From the NCBI RefSeq assembly GCF_009914755.1, contig NC_060940.1: a stretch of DNA of 64,000 nt, one strand, 5' to 3'. This DNA comes from the human T2T-CHM13v2.0 reference genome, Homo sapiens. Under the pieces are notes generated by a model. That model ran no database searches. It was given only the letters and a program-made list of their open reading frames with translations, and was not told the DNA's origin. A program made the translations under genes and the position numbers. This document shows, piece after piece, positions 60,430 to 64,000 of the stretch. Position 1 is the stretch's first letter; the number at the start of each line of letters is the position of its first letter.

Positions 60430-62535
60430 CCTGTACCTATGACCTCATGGGAAGTTTCCTACAATCAGTTGACAAAGGAAGAGAAAACAGGGGCCTGGTT
60501 TACACATGGCCTGGTTTACGCATATCTGCATGATATGCAGGCACCACACAACAGTGGACAGCTGCTGCATTACAGCTTCTCTCTGAAATAACGCTGAAGC
60601 ACAGTGGTGAGGGAAAGTCTTCTCAGTGGGCAGAACTTTGAGAAATGCAATAGTTTCTCATGTTGCTTGGAAGAGGAAGTGGCCAGATGTGTGATTATAT
60701 ACTGATTCATGGGCTGTAGCCAATGTTTTTGCTGGACAATCAGGGACCTGGAAGGAACATGATTGGAAAATTGGTGACGAAGAGATTTGAGTAAGAGATA
60801 TATTGATAGACCTCTCTGAATGGGCAAACAATGTGAAGATATTTGTGTATCATGTGAACGCTTACCCAAGAGTGACTGCAGCAGAGGAGGATTTTAATAA
60901 AGTGGGTAAGATGATCTGTTCTGTGGTTGCTGGTCAGCCTCTTTCTTTAGCCATCCATTTCATCACTCAATGGGCTCATGAACAAGGTGACCATGGTGGC
61001 AGGGATGGTGGCTTTGTGTGGGCTCAGCAACATGGACTCACCAAGGCCAACCTGGCTCCAGCCACTGGTGATACCCTATCTGCCAGCAGCAGAGACCAAC
61101 ACTGAGACCACCAATATGGCCCCATTCCCTGGGGTAACCAGCAAGCTGCCTGGTGGCAGGTCGACTACACTGGATCCATTTCATTATGAAAAGGGCAATG
61201 TTTTGTCTTTACTGGAATAGGTAATTTGGATATGGATTTGTCTTCCATGATTGCATTGTGGCTTAGAATGTCTTATCTGTCATCATGGTATTCCACCCGG
61301 CATTGTTTAAGATCAGGGAACTCACTTCACAGCAAAAGTTCAGCGATGGGCCCATGGCTGTGGAGTTCACTGGTCTTACCATATTTTCTACCATCTGGAA
61401 GCAGCTGGCTTGATAGAATGGTGGAATGGTCTTTTGAAGACTCAATTACAGTGCCAGCCAAGTGACAATATCTTGGTTGGCACTGTAATTGGCCAGGGGT
61501 GAGGTCCTCCAGGAGACTGTATATGCTCTGAATCAGTGTCTAGTATATGATGCTGTTACTCTTATAGCCGGGGTTCATCATCTAGAAATTAAAGGATGGA
61601 AATGGAGTGGCACCACTCACTAGTACCCCTAGTGACCCACTAGCACAATTTTTGCTTCCTATTTCTGTGACTTTGTGCTCTGCTGGCCTAGCCAATTTAG
61701 TTCCAGAGGGAGAAATTCTTCCTCCAATAAATACAACAATGATTCAATTGAACCAGAAGTTAAGACTGTGAACCAGCCACTTCGGGCTCTTAATGCCTCC
61801 GAGTCAACAGACAAAGGAGGAGTTAAGGGATTGGCTGGGCTGATTGATCCTAGTTGCCAAGGAGGAAATTGGGCTACTACTCTACAGTGGAGGTAAAAAA
61901 AAGTGTGGTTTGAAATACAGGAGAGCCTTTAGGGCATCTCTTATTAGTATCATGCTGTGTGATTAAGGTAAATGGAACACTACAACAACCCAATCCAGGT
62001 AAGACAACAAATGGCCCAGACCCTTCAGGAATGAAGATTTGGGCTACCCCAGCAGATAAAGAACCAAAACTACCTGAAGTGCTTGCTGAAGGCAAGGAAA
62101 ATACATAATGGGTAGTGGAAGAAGGTAGATATAAAGACCAGCTATGATCATGTGACTAGTTGCAGAAAGAAGGACTATAATTGTTGTGAATTTTCCTCCT
62201 TATTTTGATATGAACATCTGTTGTGTGTGTATTTGTTTTTCTTTTTCTTCTCACTCTTATTCTCTTATCACATAACATAAGACATATTGACTTTATATAT
62301 AGTGTTATAGTATTGTTAATTTGACACCATAGTATTTAAGTTATAGGATGGAAAGAAGAAGAGTAATTATCACTTAAGAACTTTACCTCTTCTTTTGGGA
62401 AATGAGTTAATACATTCTGGTAAGCAGGATAGTTGTATCATGTTAGGTGGAATTATGACCTTATTATTGTCTTTATCTGGAGATTAATTGTGGCTTAAGG
62501 GAATTTGTGTGAATGCCGAGTTGATGAGGTGGACT
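60430..62535 (+). mobile_element. ERVL internal remnant: decayed pol (RNase H, integrase) and dUTPase-like region, ending in the polypurine tract
   Basis: broken ORFs IDLSEWANNVKIFVYHVNA...QWAHEQGDHGGRDGG (ERVL RNase H/integrase junction), GVKGLAGLIDP (dUTPase-like); many stops and frameshifts. Confidence 0.85.
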
Positions 62536-62753
62536 TGAGAAAGCTGATTGCATATTTCAACTTGAATGAATCAGGGAATGCACAGATATCTGGTTAAACA
62601 TTCTTTCTGGCTATGTTCATGAGGATATATCTGGATGAGATGAGTGTTTGAACCAGTGGACTCAGTAAAGTAGATTACCCTCCCCAGTGTGAGTTGTCAC
62701 CATCTAACCTGTTGAGGGCCTGAACAGACAAAAAGGTGGAGGAAGGAGGAGCT

Positions 62754-62794
<41 letters not shown>

Positions 62795-63534
62795 CTCACT
62801 GCTTGAGCTGGAACATCTCATCTTTTCCTGCTCTTAGAATTGGATTTTTGCTCATTTTTTTGTTTTTATTTTTTCTTTTTCACATAATTTTTCTTTTTTC
62901 TTTCATTATGTTTCATTATTTGGTTGTATCACAATTAGTCTAATATCTCCGGTATTTTGGCGGGCACATACTTTTCTGAGATTCTTCCTACAAAACCAGA
63001 AGGCATCTACAAATGGTAACACTGTGAACTGTTTCCTTTCATTTGCTTTTTAAAATTTCTGCTTTTATTTTAGATTTAGGAAGTGCAGGTGCAGGTTTAT
63101 TACAAGGGTATATTGCATGATGCTGAGGTTTGGACTTCTATTGATCCTGTTGTCCAAATAGTGAATGCAGTACCCCAGAGGTAGTTTCTCAACTCTTACA
63201 CCCTTCCTTCCCTTCCTCCTTTGGAATCCCCACTCAGAGTGGGATTTATACCATTGGCTCACCTGGTTCTCAGGCCTTCAGATTCAGATTGAATTTCACC
63301 ACTGGACTTTTCTGGGTCTCCAGCTTGCAGATGGCAGATCTGGGACTTTTCTGTCTCCATAATTACATGAGCCAATTCCTCATAATACATTTTCTTATAT
63401 ATATTTATATATGATATTTATTATATTATTTATATATGACAGGATATATACATATATATGTGTGCGTGTGTGTGTGTGTGTACAGATGCATGTTTTCTAT
63501 TGGTTCTGTTTCTCTGAGAACCCTGACTAATAAA
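62536..63534 (+). mobile_element. MLT2-type 3' LTR of the ERVL, interrupted by an L1 insertion
   Basis: follows gtggact PPT end; ends ctattggttctgtttctctgagaaccctgactaata. Confidence 0.8.
63064..63232 (-). mobile_element. short old L1PA(15/16)-like 3' end
   Basis: ttttattttagatttagg...gtgcaggtttattacaagggtatattgcatgatgctgaggtttgg. Confidence 0.75.
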
Positions 63535-64000
63535 AATCTGTTATCATCTTTGTTATAGACACTAAGTATTTTGTTCATTTGGGCCTCTTTGGTCATAAGG
63601 TACAAAGCAATCTAACAAAAATATATTGCCCCTCAGAAAAGAATTTATATTAGGAGTTTACTGAGGTGTGCACCAGTTTAACTGGCCTCAGGAAGACCTG
63701 GAGCCCAGGACACAAACGGCCGCATGTTTTGAACCTAGCTCTTTTAAATTTTGGCTAGAATAATAGAGTAAATAATAGGGCAGAGTACTGTGTATCTGGC
63801 TGATGTTTTCTTCTCAATACCTCTCTGTGCTATCCCCAGCCCTTCATCTCCTGCTAACACACTTTTTGTGCCAACATTTAGATTTCAATTGGGTTACAGC
63901 AATAACCTTGAAAGGGAGGCAGTGACCATAGCAGTTCACAGTATTACCATTTGTAGATGCATTCTGGTTTCATAGGAGGTAAGAATCTCAGTAAATTACA

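Noticed and set aside
60430-62535. Domesticated retroviral gene
   Set aside because: pol/dUTPase homology is fragmented by many stops and frameshifts; no gag or 5' LTR adjacent.

Overview
Primate (human-like) AT-rich, CpG-poor non-coding genomic DNA, intergenic or deep intronic. No intact protein-coding gene, RNA gene, CpG island or CRISPR array is supportable. The window is dominated by interspersed repeats: about 22 Alu copies or fragments (J/S/Y), two 5'-truncated L1PA 3' ends, old L1M pieces (including a ~4 kb 5'UTR/ORF1/EN remnant with nested elements), MaLR LTRs (THE1, MLT1), a MER39-like solo LTR, MLT2 LTRs with an ERVL pol remnant, a MER85 piggyBac MITE, a deleted MADE1, and microsatellites. 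The longest ORFs are L1 ORF2, Alu or ERVL remnants. The strongest unusual structure is a ~640 bp, ~98% identical inverted duplication (49451-50089 / 51275-51915) around a 1.19 kb spacer. LTR continuity implies an inversion with a duplicated breakpoint that broke inside a (TA)n tract, plus a third 39 bp re-copy of the junction. Other repair or retrotransposition scars include a templated insertion, a probable L1 3' transduction, a composite AluSq/AluY and a 125 bp tandem duplication. I found no convincing new biological system. Repeat subfamily names come from recalled consensus motifs, not a database search, and the locus could not be identified.
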